Positions 37,201 through 47,126 are shown, counted from the stretch's first letter. The stretch is DNA of 64,000 bases from Hydrurus foetidus (GCA_900617105.1 UYFQ01000001.1:4898001-4962000), one strand, 5' to 3'. The notes: generated by a model not told the origin, from the sequence alone. Numbers and translations are program-made.

Positions 37201-37769
37201 CGTGGCCAGTCCCGGCCAGAAATATCTTGGTAGGCTGTTTTGAATGCGTCGTAAAGGCCGCGGCTGTCCAGATCACGTTCGAACTGCGCAATATGGCCTT
37301 GTTTGCCGTAGTAGCCGCAGGTTTCATCAAAAACCTTGACGAACACGGACAGCAACGCGTCCATCTGCGTCTTGCTGATGACGTCGGCTTTTTGGTCAAT
37401 GTTGAACAGAATACTTTGCGCCGGGATGCTGACGGCACGCTTCAAATCACCACGCAAAATCTCGTTCTCGCCGCACTTGGTCAAGAACAAGTCCAACGCA
37501 TCCACGCCATCAATCGTGCGGTTTTCCAAGAGCAACGCCAGCATCTTAAGCAAGTGCGACTTTCCTGAGCCGAAAAAACCAGAGATCCAAACGCCGTTGG
37601 CACCTTCATAGTTGTTGTAGGCATCAAGAAATGCTTCAAGACGCTTTTCAACCTCGTTGGTCAATACGTATTCCTCAAGCTCAAGGCGCAGGCTTGCTTC
37701 GTCGTCAGCTTTGATCACCCCTTCGATTGGACGATCAACCGGTTTTTTGAAAATGTCTTTTAGGTTCAT
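34236..37769 (-). CDS. brxC: BREX P-loop ATPase BrxC
   Basis: IEGVIKA, WISGFFGSGKSH, VDEVGQYI, VIVTAQE, YPFIPYQF. Confidence 0.95.
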   Translation of the reverse strand: MNLKDIFKKPVDRPIEGVIKADDEASLRLELEEYVLTNEVEKRLEAFLDAYNNYEGANGVWISGFFGSGKSHLLKMLALLLENRTIDGVDALDLFLTKCGENEILRGDLKRAVSIPAQSILFNIDQKADVISKTQMDALLSVFVKVFDETCGYYGKQGHIAQFERDLDSRGLYDAFKTAYQDISGRDWPRGREQALLESKNIARAYAVATGDADADAAGILDKYRSQYRVSIEDFANQVKAFLDKRQANFRLNFFVDEVGQYIADNVKLMTNLQTIAESLATKCNGRAWVIVTAQEDMSTVVGEMSKQQSNDFTKIQARFSNRMKLTSADVAEVIQKRLLMKNDEGIGLLTDVYHQQSNNFKTLFDFADGSQSYRNFQDRDHFIHCYPFIPYQFGLFQSAIQSLSQHNGFEGKHSSVGERSMLGVFQEVAKQISGHQLGHLATFDLMFEGIRTALKSHIQRAIINAENQVDNKFAIKLLKTLFLVKYVKEFKPTLRNLCVLMLESFNQDLPQMRKKVEEALNLLEQQTYIQRNGELYEYLTDEEKDVEQEIKNTDVESSEVSSELEKLIFDSVIKNRKIRFEPNGNRGGQDYPFSRKLDDKLQGREYELAIHVISPFYENAGSETILRMQSMGRDELLVIMPPDDQLVRDLLMYKRTEKYIRQTVSTTQQDNVKRILTDKGFQNRERHSDLQILVQSLLGKAKLIISGGDLDVGSEEAQTRLTKGFYELIQRVYPNLRMLRGFAYAENDISRFLSASHEIVTSLAESEQEMLAFVQSNSRGGVRTTLKSLLEKFERKPYGWHFAAVLCILAHLCARSKIEVRMDGNVLEDDDLERALRNTHGHGTVVLEPQVDYTASQVRALREFFADFFDTPAGAGEAKALGKEAEAAFKQLHTDLNLLAAQVIQYPFLAALKPVLDTLKEVSDKPYTWHLTELARQEDALLDLKEKVIDPIRKFMNGAQKDIFVEARKFVQSQEPNFAYIHSEEAAQLSSALTDAECFKGSRMQQVKALVDALQVKIAGQISIEIETARTAVETLARRTRSMAEFIALSTEQQMQIVGPFERCTQSIAQQKLIAVIRDTLRRFEDDEYQRLLSRLSTWAKPAPAKPPVTGAAAAATTVNEAGTLEEPKVEYVPSRNIRVDFDKAWLADASDVERYVESMRKALLKAISDGKRVQI

Positions 37770-37784
37770 CAAGCTGCTCTCGCT

Positions 37785-38393
37785 TTAAACTTCGTAATCA
37801 AAAATGTTGAACGCCCGGTAGTACTTGTCGTCCCGCAGACGGCCAAACAGCTCAAGGGCTGCGCCAGCTTCCAGTGAGTGCGTGTAAGCGCCGGGAAAAA
37901 ACATGACTGTCGGTTGATCTTTTGCCGTGCTCTGAAGGTTGTTTAGCACGTTATGTGAGCGGATGTACGGAAAAACCTCCGCCACACCGGATAGGAACAG
38001 CACGTCAAATTCATTGCGTTCAATCAATCCGGCAATGGCAGGAATCAAGTGCGCTTCGGGGTCCAGCATCCCTTGCAGCAGTTCCAGCAACTCAGGCTTG
38101 GAAACTGTGCTCTCCACTTCAAGAACCTGCTCCCATACACCGCGCTCTTTGAGCAGTTCAACTGAAAGGTCATAGAGATTCACGACAAGCACCCGCACGC
38201 CATTCTGACCAAGCTTGTTGGCAAGTTGCTTTTGAAGGCGTTCCATTTCTACTGCTTCAGTTGGCTTGAAAGGGCAAATGAAGAACGGCACTTCGGTGTA
38301 GCCCTTCATTAGCAAGAAACGCTGGCTACCGATGACAGCCAGCAAATGCTGGAATCGTTCTTGGAGAGAGCCTTTAGTCAATTCGCCCATCAT
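37785..38393 (-). CDS. brxB: BREX protein BrxB (DUF1788)
   Basis: VPFFIC, VFPYIRSHNVLNNL, MFFPGAY, YYRAFN. Confidence 0.92.
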   Translation of the reverse strand: MMGELTKGSLQERFQHLLAVIGSQRFLLMKGYTEVPFFICPFKPTEAVEMERLQKQLANKLGQNGVRVLVVNLYDLSVELLKERGVWEQVLEVESTVSKPELLELLQGMLDPEAHLIPAIAGLIERNEFDVLFLSGVAEVFPYIRSHNVLNNLQSTAKDQPTVMFFPGAYTHSLEAGAALELFGRLRDDKYYRAFNIFDYEV

Positions 38394-39007
38394 TGCGCCT
38401 TCTTACTTGACCGGAAACCAAGCACCGGAAATATGCGGATCATGTCAATTCCTTTTTGCGACACTAGCTCTTCCACATGCGGAGACAGCACAGCAGGTTG
38501 AATGGAGTTGCTGACTGAAATTAATTCCGCATCCCGGAGCATTCGAAATAAATTCTGGCGTAGCTTATTGCGGGTCATGGGGGTTATGGCATCAAGGTCT
38601 TCATGCCAATCCGCTTTTGCATTGAAGAACGCATCGAAATCTTGGTAGCTCACGTCATATCGAAGCGTCATAAAACGCTCCCGAATCACCTCGACAGCGA
38701 ATTCCTGGATAAAACGATAGCGGCAACATACGGCAAGCCAGAGAATATTTGCGCGCTCTTGACTAGAGCCGCGCGCAACCAATTCAAGAGCATCGTCGGT
38801 CAAAGTTTTTAGGCGCGATGAGATTTCGCGGTAAATGCGAGTCGCAGAACTTTGGGTTCTGGTCTGAAGCAGCCCTTGTTTCAGCGATTTTTCGCGAACG
38901 GCATCCCAATTCATTTCTTCCAAATACAGCAGGGCCACTTTTTCTGATTCCTGACAGAAAAGGCCCCCTGTAGTGAATGACATGCTGTATTTGGCTAAAG
39001 CGATCAT
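38390..39007 (-). CDS. brxA: BREX protein BrxA (DUF1819)
   Basis: YSMSFTTG.L, EISSRL, LWLAVC..Y.FI..F, KLRQNLFRML. Confidence 0.9.
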   Translation of the reverse strand: MIALAKYSMSFTTGGLFCQESEKVALLYLEEMNWDAVREKSLKQGLLQTRTQSSATRIYREISSRLKTLTDDALELVARGSSQERANILWLAVCCRYRFIQEFAVEVIRERFMTLRYDVSYQDFDAFFNAKADWHEDLDAITPMTRNKLRQNLFRMLRDAELISVSNSIQPAVLSPHVEELVSQKGIDMIRIFPVLGFRSSKKAQ

Positions 39008-39219
39008 TATTCTTCAATGACTGATTTGTTTTCGTTAGCACCACCAGCCTTGACCCAGAGATCAACTTCACTCTTCTGAAACTTCCAGAGCCGGCCAACG
39101 CGGTGCGCAGGCATGTTCATTTTGGAAATCCATGCGTAAATAGTGTCTTTGCTGACACCTAAATATGCGGCGATATCCTCTACCGACAACCAGCGATCCG
39201 ACATGGTGGCGTTTTCCAT
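39007..39219 (-). CDS. Excisionase-like HTH DNA-binding protein heading the BREX operon
   Basis: RWLSVEDIAAYLGVSKDTIYAWI..PAHRVGRLWKF; stop overlaps the brxA ATG by 1 nt. Confidence 0.85.
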   Translation of the reverse strand: MENATMSDRWLSVEDIAAYLGVSKDTIYAWISKMNMPAHRVGRLWKFQKSEVDLWVKAGGANENKSVIEE

Positions 39220-39803
39220 TTGTTAAGGTGGCGTAGCGAAACAATGCCGTAGGATTATACAGAGTTTGATCAATTTGAGCATGATTTGACCTGAATAGAC
39301 CAGCTTTGATACGCCATGGACGAGGCTTATTGTGGTTCGGCCACTGCCACAGCAAGAGTTTGTACGTCAGTCCACACGCCCACGCGGGGCAAGGTTGAGT
39401 TGATGAAGACGAGCGCAGCACGGGCGCGAGCGTTGTGGCATTGTTCGCCAACGCACTGGGCTTGGCCACCGTGGCAGGGTGGCAGGGTTGAACTCAACGC
39501 AGCGCGTCGGCCGTTCAAGAACCCGGCGTCAGCCTTTTGGAAACGTTTAGTTGCTAACAGACTGCTCGAACCGACGAACGATCAGCACTGAACGCAAATA
39601 ATCATCGTTGTACTCCCCTCTTAGCCGACCTTCGCCGGAGCAGGTTTGCTCATAGTCGCGGCGCCCCCAAACTTGTGATGCTTAAAACGGTGCCGTATCG
39701 GTGCCGCATCGAACCGTAACGATAGGCCGATCCTGATTCGCGTGTACCGCGCTGACGGCCCATCGAAATGGACTGAATCGAGAAATCACAAGAGGGGTAG
39801 CGC

Positions 39804-41795
39804 ATGGTGCCGACCGGCGTGCTGATTGGCCAGATCACAATGGTTTTCGCCACCACTTTGCTGGGGCTATGGAGCGCCACCCAGTGGACGGCGGCGGCAC
39901 TGGGATACCAGATGCGCCTCGGCGCGCCATGGTTCGACCTGTTTGGCACGCCGATCTATCACCCGTGGCGGCTGTTCGAGTGGTGGTACTTTTTTGATGC
40001 CTATGCACCTGATATCTTCGTGCGCGGCGGTGCCATTGCCGCGTGCAGCGGCTTAGCCGGTGCCATGGTGGCCGTCACCATGTCGGTGTGGCGCGCACGG
40101 CAATCCAAGCTGGTGACGACCTACGGTTCGGCGCGCTGGGCGCTGCCGGCTGAAATCCGCAGTTCCGGGCTGACCGGCCCTGCCGGCGTTTTCCTGGGCC
40201 GCAAAGATGGCGACTACCTGCGCCACGAGGGTCCCGAGCATGTGATGGCCTTCGCGCCCACCCGCTCCGGCAAAGGTGTCGGCTTGGTGGTGCCGACGCT
40301 GCTTTCGTGGCCCGGCTCCGCCGTGATCCACGACATCAAGGGCGAAAACTGGACCTTGACGGCCGGCTGGCGCTCGCGCTTCTCGCACTGCCTGCTGTTC
40401 AACCCGACCGATGCACGCTCGGCTGCGTACAACCCGCTGCTTGAAGTGCGGCGCGGCATGCACGAAGTGCGCGACGTGCAGAACATCGCCGACATTCTGG
40501 TCGATCCCGAAGGCGCGCTGGAGCGGCGCAACCATTGGGAAAAAACTTCGCACGCACTGCTGGTCGGCGCGATCCTGCATGTGCTCTACGCCACCGAAGA
40601 CAAAACGCTGCGCGGCGTCGCCAATTTTCTGTCCGATCCGGCCTGCCCGTTCGAGGTGACGCTGCACCGGATGATGACGACACGACACCTGGGCGAAACA
40701 ACGCACCCGGTGGTCGCATCAGCGGCGCGCGAGGTGATGAACAAAAGCGAAAACGAACGATCCGGTGTGCTGTCCACCGCGATGAGTTTCTTGGGCCTGT
40801 ACCGCGACCCTACGGTGGCCGAAGTCACCTCACGCTGCGACTGGCGCATCGCCGACCTGATTGATGCCGATCACCCGGTGTCGCTGTACCTGGTGGTGCC
40901 GCCTTCCGACATCAGCCGCACCAAGCCCTTGATCCGCCTGATTCTCAACCAGATCGGGCGACGCCTGACCGAATCGCTCGACGGTTCGGACGGCATTGCC
41001 CGACGCCACAAGCTACTGCTGATGCTCGACGAGTTTCCGGCACTGGGTCGGCTCGACTTCTTCGAGTCCGCCTTGGCCTTCATGGCGGGCTACGGTCTAC
41101 GGGCGTTCCTGATCGCGCAGTCCTTGAATCAGATCGACAAGGCCTACGGGCAAAACCATTCGATTCTTGACAACTGCCATGTGCGCATCGCATTTGCGAC
41201 CAACGACGAGCGCACCGCCAAGCGTATTTCCGAAGCATTGGGCACCGCAACCGAATTGCGCGCGCAGCGCAACTACGCAGGCCACCGGCTGGCCCCGTGG
41301 CTCGGCCATTTGATGGTATCGCGGCAAGAGACCGCACGGCCACTGCTCACGCCAGGCGAAGTCATGCAACTGCCACCCGACGAGGAGGTGGTGATGGTGT
41401 CCGGTCATCCACCGATCAAGGCGCAAAAAATTCGCTACTACCTGGATGCGAATTTCAAGACGCGCATGCTGCCGCCGCCGCCATTGCAACTCGGGCACTA
41501 CGCCGACGCACCGCCATTGCGGCCAGACGATTGGACCGGGCTGGCGATACCCGCCCCCGCTGCACCGACTTCCGGCTTGGCCATCCCCGCGCACGGCGGG
41601 GCCATCGACGACGGCGGCCACCAGCAGCAGCCGGAACTGTCCGAAGTCGTATTCACACCGGAACCAGAACACGCAGTGGACGACTTGGGCCTGTTCGATG
41701 ACGACGACTTGTCGTTGCCCACCCAGCTCGATCCACGCTTGCTACGCACGGCGCGGCTAGCCGCACTTGACCCTGATGACGGGATATCCCTATGA
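39804..41795 (+). CDS. traG: Type IV coupling protein TraG/VirD4
   Basis: YGSARWA, APTRSGKGVG, DIKGE, LMLDEF, AQSLNQI. Confidence 0.95.
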   Translation: MVPTGVLIGQITMVFATTLLGLWSATQWTAAALGYQMRLGAPWFDLFGTPIYHPWRLFEWWYFFDAYAPDIFVRGGAIAACSGLAGAMVAVTMSVWRARQSKLVTTYGSARWALPAEIRSSGLTGPAGVFLGRKDGDYLRHEGPEHVMAFAPTRSGKGVGLVVPTLLSWPGSAVIHDIKGENWTLTAGWRSRFSHCLLFNPTDARSAAYNPLLEVRRGMHEVRDVQNIADILVDPEGALERRNHWEKTSHALLVGAILHVLYATEDKTLRGVANFLSDPACPFEVTLHRMMTTRHLGETTHPVVASAAREVMNKSENERSGVLSTAMSFLGLYRDPTVAEVTSRCDWRIADLIDADHPVSLYLVVPPSDISRTKPLIRLILNQIGRRLTESLDGSDGIARRHKLLLMLDEFPALGRLDFFESALAFMAGYGLRAFLIAQSLNQIDKAYGQNHSILDNCHVRIAFATNDERTAKRISEALGTATELRAQRNYAGHRLAPWLGHLMVSRQETARPLLTPGEVMQLPPDEEVVMVSGHPPIKAQKIRYYLDANFKTRMLPPPPLQLGHYADAPPLRPDDWTGLAIPAPAAPTSGLAIPAHGGAIDDGGHQQQPELSEVVFTPEPEHAVDDLGLFDDDDLSLPTQLDPRLLRTARLAALDPDDGISL

Positions 41796-42277
41796 GCCGC
41801 ACACGCCTGAACCTTTTCATCGAACACGAGCACGCCAAGCGGCTCGACGAGTTGGCGACGATGAAGGGCTTGTCCAAGTCCTCCATCATCGCCGCTGCGT
41901 TGGCTTCGTTCCTGTCGCCCGACTCCGGCGACCAGCGCGAAGCGGCCATCGCCAAACGTCTGGACCGCTTGTCTCGCCAGCTCGACAAGCTGGAGCGGGA
42001 TCAGAACATCCTGATCGAGACGCTGGCGCTCTATGTGCGCTATTTCCTGACCGTCAGCACCCCGGTGCCAGAAGCGCACCAGGAAGCGGCACGCGCTCAG
42101 GGGCGCGCACGCTTCGAGCAGTTTATCGAACAACTCGGTCGGCATTTGCTGCGCGGGCGCAGCCTGGTCAAGGACATCGTCGAGGAAATGCAGCCCGACT
42201 CCAGCCAGTTCTTCGGCCAGCAAGAAAACGTTCACCCCGCAGCGCCTGCCGACGAAGCTGCGGGAGCACCGTCATGA
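41792..42277 (+). CDS. CopG/RHH-family regulator
   Basis: RLNLFI..SKSSII.AAL..L; conserved position between traG and trbB. Confidence 0.8.
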   Translation: MSRTRLNLFIEHEHAKRLDELATMKGLSKSSIIAAALASFLSPDSGDQREAAIAKRLDRLSRQLDKLERDQNILIETLALYVRYFLTVSTPVPEAHQEAARAQGRARFEQFIEQLGRHLLRGRSLVKDIVEEMQPDSSQFFGQQENVHPAAPADEAAGAPS

Positions 42278-43290
42278 GCAACCCACCGCGCGATCAGGGC
42301 TTGTCGGCCTCGCTGGCACTGGAACGTCGCGTGCGCATGCTGCGCACGGCGATGGGGCCGGACATCGCCAAGGCCTTGAACGACCCGGACGTGGTGGAAG
42401 TCATGCTCAACCCCGACGGTTCGCTATGGATCGATCGGCTGAGCAGTGGGCGCGAACCGCTGGGCGTCAGCCTCACGCCCGCCGATGGCGAACGGATCAT
42501 CCGACTGGTCGCCGCCCATGTGCGTGCCGAAGTGCATGCGGGCAAGCCGCTGTTGTCCGCCGAACTGCCCGAAACGGGCGAACGCTTCGAGGGCGCGTTA
42601 CCGCCCGTGACGCCGGGGCCGGTGTTCGCGCTGCGCAAGCGCGCGGTCAACCTGATCCGGCTCGACACCTACGTGGCCGACGGCATCCTGACCGAGGCGC
42701 AGGCGGCCTTCCTACGGACAGCCGTGCGCGAACGCCAGAACATCCTGATCGCGGGTGGCACCAGCACCGGAAAAACCACGCTGGCGAATGCCCTGCTCGC
42801 CGAGATCGCCGAAACCGGCGACCGCGTGATCGTGCTCGAAGACACGGTGGAACTGCAATGCACAGCACTCGACCATGTCCCGCTGCGCACTCGCGCGGGC
42901 GTCGTGACCATGGCCGAGCTGGTGCGCTCGACCCTGCGGCTGCGGCCGGACCGCATCGTCGTGGGCGAGGTGCGCGGCGCCGAAGCGCTCGACCTGCTCA
43001 AGGCTTGGGGCACCGGCCATCCGGGCGGCATCGCGACCGTCCATGCCGGTTCCGCAGCGGGCGCGTTGCTACGGCTGGAACAACTGATTCTCGAAGTCGC
43101 CGTGACCGCGCCACGCGCCCTGATCGCCGAGGCCGTGAACGTCATCGTCTACATCGCCGGTCGCGGCCATGCGCGCCGCGTGCAGGAAATCGCCCGCGTC
43201 ACCGGCTTCGACAGCCACGGCTACCAACTCAGCACGGAGCTGATGCCTTCCTTCCCTTCACTTTTATCAACACCCGGAGAACTGTCATGA
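42274..43290 (+). CDS. trbB: P-type conjugative ATPase TrbB (VirB11)
   Basis: EVMLNPDG, GGTSTGKTT, LEDTVEL, LRLRPDRIVVGEVRG, TGHPGG. Confidence 0.95.
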   Translation: MSNPPRDQGLSASLALERRVRMLRTAMGPDIAKALNDPDVVEVMLNPDGSLWIDRLSSGREPLGVSLTPADGERIIRLVAAHVRAEVHAGKPLLSAELPETGERFEGALPPVTPGPVFALRKRAVNLIRLDTYVADGILTEAQAAFLRTAVRERQNILIAGGTSTGKTTLANALLAEIAETGDRVIVLEDTVELQCTALDHVPLRTRAGVVTMAELVRSTLRLRPDRIVVGEVRGAEALDLLKAWGTGHPGGIATVHAGSAAGALLRLEQLILEVAVTAPRALIAEAVNVIVYIAGRGHARRVQEIARVTGFDSHGYQLSTELMPSFPSLLSTPGELS

Positions 43291-43664
43291 CACCTTTGCA
43301 CATTTCAAACACTTCAAACACTTCCGTAAATCCGCTTCTGCACAACGCCCGCCTTCAGGTCGGTATGCAGATCATCATCATGGTGGCGCTGTTGCTGTGC
43401 GTGGCGCTGCCTGCGCACGCAGCGGGCTCGAACATGCCGTGGGAGGCACCTCTGCAATCGGTGCTGGAGTCCATTCAGGGACCGGTGGCCCGCATCATCG
43501 CGGTGATCATCATCATTACCACCGGCCTGACGCTGGCGTTCGGCGACACCAGCGGTGGCTTTCGCAAGCTAGTGCAGATCGTCTTCGGCCTATCGATCGC
43601 GTTCGCCGCATCCTCGTTCTTCCTGACCTTCTTCAGCTTTGCCGGTGGAGCGGTGATCGCATGA
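43287..43664 (+). CDS. trbC: Pilin precursor TrbC (VirB2)
   Basis: AHAAGSNMPWE.PL..SIQGPVA, two hydrophobic helices, GGAV terminus. Confidence 0.92.
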   Translation: MTPLHISNTSNTSVNPLLHNARLQVGMQIIIMVALLLCVALPAHAAGSNMPWEAPLQSVLESIQGPVARIIAVIIIITTGLTLAFGDTSGGFRKLVQIVFGLSIAFAASSFFLTFFSFAGGAVIA

Positions 43665-43933
43665 ACGCGCTCCCTGCTGACGCACCTGGCTTTGAAGTGC
43701 CGCTGCACCGTTCGTTGACCGAACCCATTTTGCTGGGTGGCGCGCCGCGCACGGTGGCGATTGCCAACGGCACGCTGGCCGCTGCGGTCGGTCTCGGGTT
43801 GCAACTCTGGCTCCCCGGTCTTGCGCTGTGGATCGTCGGGCACTCGTTGGCGGTCTGGGGCGCGCGCCTGGATGCGCAGTTCATGGCGGTGTTCGCGCGT
43901 CACATCAAGCACCGCATGTTGTTAGACGTATGA
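43661..43933 (+). CDS. trbD: TrbD (VirB3)
   Basis: PLHRSLTEPILLGGAPR..NGTL. Confidence 0.92.
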   Translation: MNALPADAPGFEVPLHRSLTEPILLGGAPRTVAIANGTLAAAVGLGLQLWLPGLALWIVGHSLAVWGARLDAQFMAVFARHIKHRMLLDV

Positions 43934-43952
43934 GACCCACGGAGAACACGCC

Positions 43953-46385
43953 ATGATGCATCTTGCCGAATACCGCACGCGCCCGGCGCTGTTGTCAGAC
44001 TGGTTGCCCTGGGCCGGGCTGGTCGCGCCGGGTGTCGTACTTAACAAGGACGGCTCGTTCCAGCGCACGGCGCGGTTTCGCGGGCCGGACCTGGACAGCG
44101 CGACACAGGGCAAACTGATCGCCACGGCAGCGCGTTTGAACAACGCGTTGCGCCGGTTCGGTTCCGGTTGGGCGCTGTTCGTGGAGGCCGAACGGCGCGA
44201 AGCGGCCGACTACCCTGTGTCGGAATTTCCCGAGCCGTTGTCGTGGCTGGTCGATGAAGAGCGGCGCGCCGTTTTTGAGGAAGCCGATAGCCACTTCGAG
44301 AGCAAATATCACTTGACGCTGCTCTACCTGCCACCCGAGGAATCAACGGCCCGCGCCGCCAAGCTGCTGTATGAGAACAGCAAGGTCGAAGGCGTGGACT
44401 GGCGCGAACGGCTGGAGGGCTTCGTTTCGGAAACCGAACGCTTTTTCGGTTTGCTCGAAGGGGTGATGCCGGAGATCGCATGGCTTGACGATGGTCAGAC
44501 CTTGACCTACCTGCATGCCTGCGTGTCCACGCGCCGCCATTCGGTGGCCGTGCCCGAAGTGCCGATGCACCTGGATGCGCTGTTGGCCGACGAACCGCTG
44601 ACGGGCGGGCTGGCACCGATGCTCGGGGACCAGCACCTGCGCGTGGCGTCGGTGCGCGGGTTCCCGACATCGACCTGGCCCGGCCTGCTCGACGACCTCA
44701 ACCGCCTGGGCTTTGCTTACCGCTGGAGCACCCGCTTCCTGTGCCTGGACAAGGCCGAGGCGGAAAAGGAACTGACGCGGCTGCGCCGCCAGTGGTTCTC
44801 CAAGCGCAAGAACATCGTCGCGCTGCTGCGCGAAACCATCTTTCAACAGGAAAGCCCGCTGGTGGATTGCGATGCATCGAACAAGGCAGCGGATGCCGAT
44901 GCAGCATTGCAAGAACTGGGCAGTGACCAAGTCTCATTCGGCTACGTCACCGCCACCGTGACGGTTCTCGATACCGAGGCAACGGCCGCAGACGAAAAGT
45001 TGCGCGCAGTGGAGCGGACTATCCAGGGCCGTGGCTTCGTGACGATCCCCGAAACTTTGAACGCGGTCGATGCCTGGCTGTCGTCGATTCCGGGGCACGC
45101 CTACGCTAACGTGCGCCAGCCCATTGTCTCGACCTTGAATCTGGCCCACATGCAGCCGGTGTCGGCAGTATGGGCCGGTCAAGAGCGCAATGCGCATCTT
45201 GACGGCCCGCCGCTGATCGTGACCCGCACCGATGGTGCGACGCCGTTCCGGCTGGTCACGCACATCGGCGACGTAGGCAACACACTGGTGGTCGGTCCCA
45301 TCGGCATGGGCAAGTCGGTGCTGCTGGCCACGTTGGCCATGCAGTTCCGCCGCTATGCCGGGTCGCGCATCTTCGCGTTCGACATGGGGCGCTCAATTCG
45401 TGCCACCGTGCTCGGGCTGGGTGGCGAGCACTACGACCTGGGCGCAGATGGCGCTATCTCCTTCCAGCCACTGGCCCGCATCGACCAGGACAGCTACCGC
45501 GCCTGGGCCGCCGAGTGGGTCGAAGGACGTTTGATTCACGAAGGCGTGGCCGTTGGGCCAGATGTGAAGGACGCGGTGTGGTCAGCACTGAACAGTCTCG
45601 CCAGCGCGCCGCTCGATCAGCGCACCATGACCGGCTTGTCTGTGCTGCTTCAATCGAACGCGCTGCGGCAAGCACTGCAACCCTATGTGCTCGGTGGGGC
45701 ACACGGAAAGCTGCTCGATGCCGACCATGACCGGCTGGGTTTCGCCGACGTGCAGTGCTTCGAGATGGAAGAACTGATGCACAGCAAGGCGGCTGCGCTG
45801 GCCGTGCTGCGCTACCTGTTCGCGCGCTTCGAGGAACGTCTTGATGGTGCTCCAACACTGTTGATCCTTGATGAGGCATGGCTGTTCCTCGATGACCCGG
45901 TATTCGCCGCGCGCATTCGCCAGTGGCTGAAGACACTGCGCAAAAAGAATGTGTCGGTGATCTTCGCCACGCAATCGCTGGCGGACATCAAAGATTCCAG
46001 TATTGCGCCAGCCATCATCGAGAGCTGCGTGAACCGAATTTTCTTGCCCAATCCGCAGGCGACCGAACCGCAGATTCGCTCAATCTACGAAGGTTTCGGC
46101 CTCAATGCGCGGCAGATCAATATCGTGGCGACCGCCCAGCCCAAGCGCGATTACTACTACCAATCGCGCCTCGGCAACCGGGTCTTTGATTTGGGGCTTG
46201 GGCCGGTGGCGCTGGCATTTGCCGGTGCAGCCAAGCCCGAAGACCAACGCGCTATCGACACAGTGTCCGCGTCGGTGCCGCCAGCGGACTTTGCAGCCGC
46301 CTGGCTGCGCCATCGCGGCCTCGACTGGGCCGCAGACCTGATCCCCTCTTACCCGTCGTCCCCCTTCACACCCCAGGAGAAGTAG
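43953..46385 (+). CDS. trbE: Conjugative ATPase TrbE (VirB4)
   Basis: VLNKDGS..RGPDLDS, GPIGMGKS, LILDEAW, LRKKN..FATQS. Confidence 0.95.
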   Translation: MMHLAEYRTRPALLSDWLPWAGLVAPGVVLNKDGSFQRTARFRGPDLDSATQGKLIATAARLNNALRRFGSGWALFVEAERREAADYPVSEFPEPLSWLVDEERRAVFEEADSHFESKYHLTLLYLPPEESTARAAKLLYENSKVEGVDWRERLEGFVSETERFFGLLEGVMPEIAWLDDGQTLTYLHACVSTRRHSVAVPEVPMHLDALLADEPLTGGLAPMLGDQHLRVASVRGFPTSTWPGLLDDLNRLGFAYRWSTRFLCLDKAEAEKELTRLRRQWFSKRKNIVALLRETIFQQESPLVDCDASNKAADADAALQELGSDQVSFGYVTATVTVLDTEATAADEKLRAVERTIQGRGFVTIPETLNAVDAWLSSIPGHAYANVRQPIVSTLNLAHMQPVSAVWAGQERNAHLDGPPLIVTRTDGATPFRLVTHIGDVGNTLVVGPIGMGKSVLLATLAMQFRRYAGSRIFAFDMGRSIRATVLGLGGEHYDLGADGAISFQPLARIDQDSYRAWAAEWVEGRLIHEGVAVGPDVKDAVWSALNSLASAPLDQRTMTGLSVLLQSNALRQALQPYVLGGAHGKLLDADHDRLGFADVQCFEMEELMHSKAAALAVLRYLFARFEERLDGAPTLLILDEAWLFLDDPVFAARIRQWLKTLRKKNVSVIFATQSLADIKDSSIAPAIIESCVNRIFLPNPQATEPQIRSIYEGFGLNARQINIVATAQPKRDYYYQSRLGNRVFDLGLGPVALAFAGAAKPEDQRAIDTVSASVPPADFAAAWLRHRGLDWAADLIPSYPSSPFTPQEK

Positions 46386-46387
46386 CC

Positions 46388-47116
46388 ATGAAGAAAACCT
46401 TACTTGCCATCGCCGCCGCCGTTCTCGTGACCGCCATGCCCACTGCGCAGGCGCAGTGGGTCGTGATCGATCCGACCAATCTCGTGCAGAACATCATGAC
46501 GGCCGCCCGCGCGTTGGAGCAGATCAACAACCAGATCAAGCAGCTTCAGAACGAGGCGCAGATGCTGATGAACGACGCCAAGAATCTGACCAGTCTGGAC
46601 TTCAGCGCACTTAATCAGCTACGTGCAGCACTGTCCGCGACGAACCAGCTCCTGCAACAGGCGCAGGGGCTGGCCTTCAACCTGTCGCAGATGGAAACCG
46701 AGTTCGCGCGGCTCTATCCCAATGCCTATTCCGCCTCCACGTCGGGTAGCCAGATGTCAACCGACGCCCGCACGCGCTGGCGCAATTCGTTGGAGGCGCT
46801 GCGCACCGCGACCCAGGTGCAGTCGCAAGCAGTACAGAACTTCGCATCCGACGAGCAGACCTTGACCGACCTCGTGAACCGCAGCCAGTCCGCCGTTGGC
46901 GCGCTGCAGGCCACGCAGGCGACGAACCAATTGCTGGCACTGCTATCCCGCCAAACCATCCAGGCGCAGCAGCTCCAGATCACGCAGGACCGGGCCAGCG
47001 CGCTGGAACAAGCACGGCAGGTCGCAGTCCAAGAGCGTGCGCGTGAAGTGCGCCGTCGCTTCCAGGGCGATGGCACTCTCTACACGCCGACCACGATCAA
47101 CTTCCATAACCCATGA
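46388..47116 (+). CDS. trbJ: TrbJ (VirB5)
   Basis: Signal peptide, VIDPTN, QINNQI.QLQNE, GALQA.QA.NQ. Confidence 0.92.
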   Translation: MKKTLLAIAAAVLVTAMPTAQAQWVVIDPTNLVQNIMTAARALEQINNQIKQLQNEAQMLMNDAKNLTSLDFSALNQLRAALSATNQLLQQAQGLAFNLSQMETEFARLYPNAYSASTSGSQMSTDARTRWRNSLEALRTATQVQSQAVQNFASDEQTLTDLVNRSQSAVGALQATQATNQLLALLSRQTIQAQQLQITQDRASALEQARQVAVQERAREVRRRFQGDGTLYTPTTINFHNP

Positions 47117-47126
47117 GGACTCGACC

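Noticed and set aside
39316..39591. Short ORFs between the BREX HTH gene and traG
   Set aside because: No motif or convincing RBS; cannot be supported as genes or as a traR remnant
41767..43664. Long ORF-track versions of trbB (507 aa) and trbC (412 aa), and likewise of traF, relaxase and guaB
   Set aside because: Upstream extensions overlap real genes in other frames; internal ATGs with RBS or stop-start overlaps fit family sizes
45270..45320. TrbE Walker A reading GPIGMGKS as a sign of a dead transfer system
   Set aside because: GxxGxGKS is preserved and no tra/trb gene is frameshifted; decay cannot be shown without alignments
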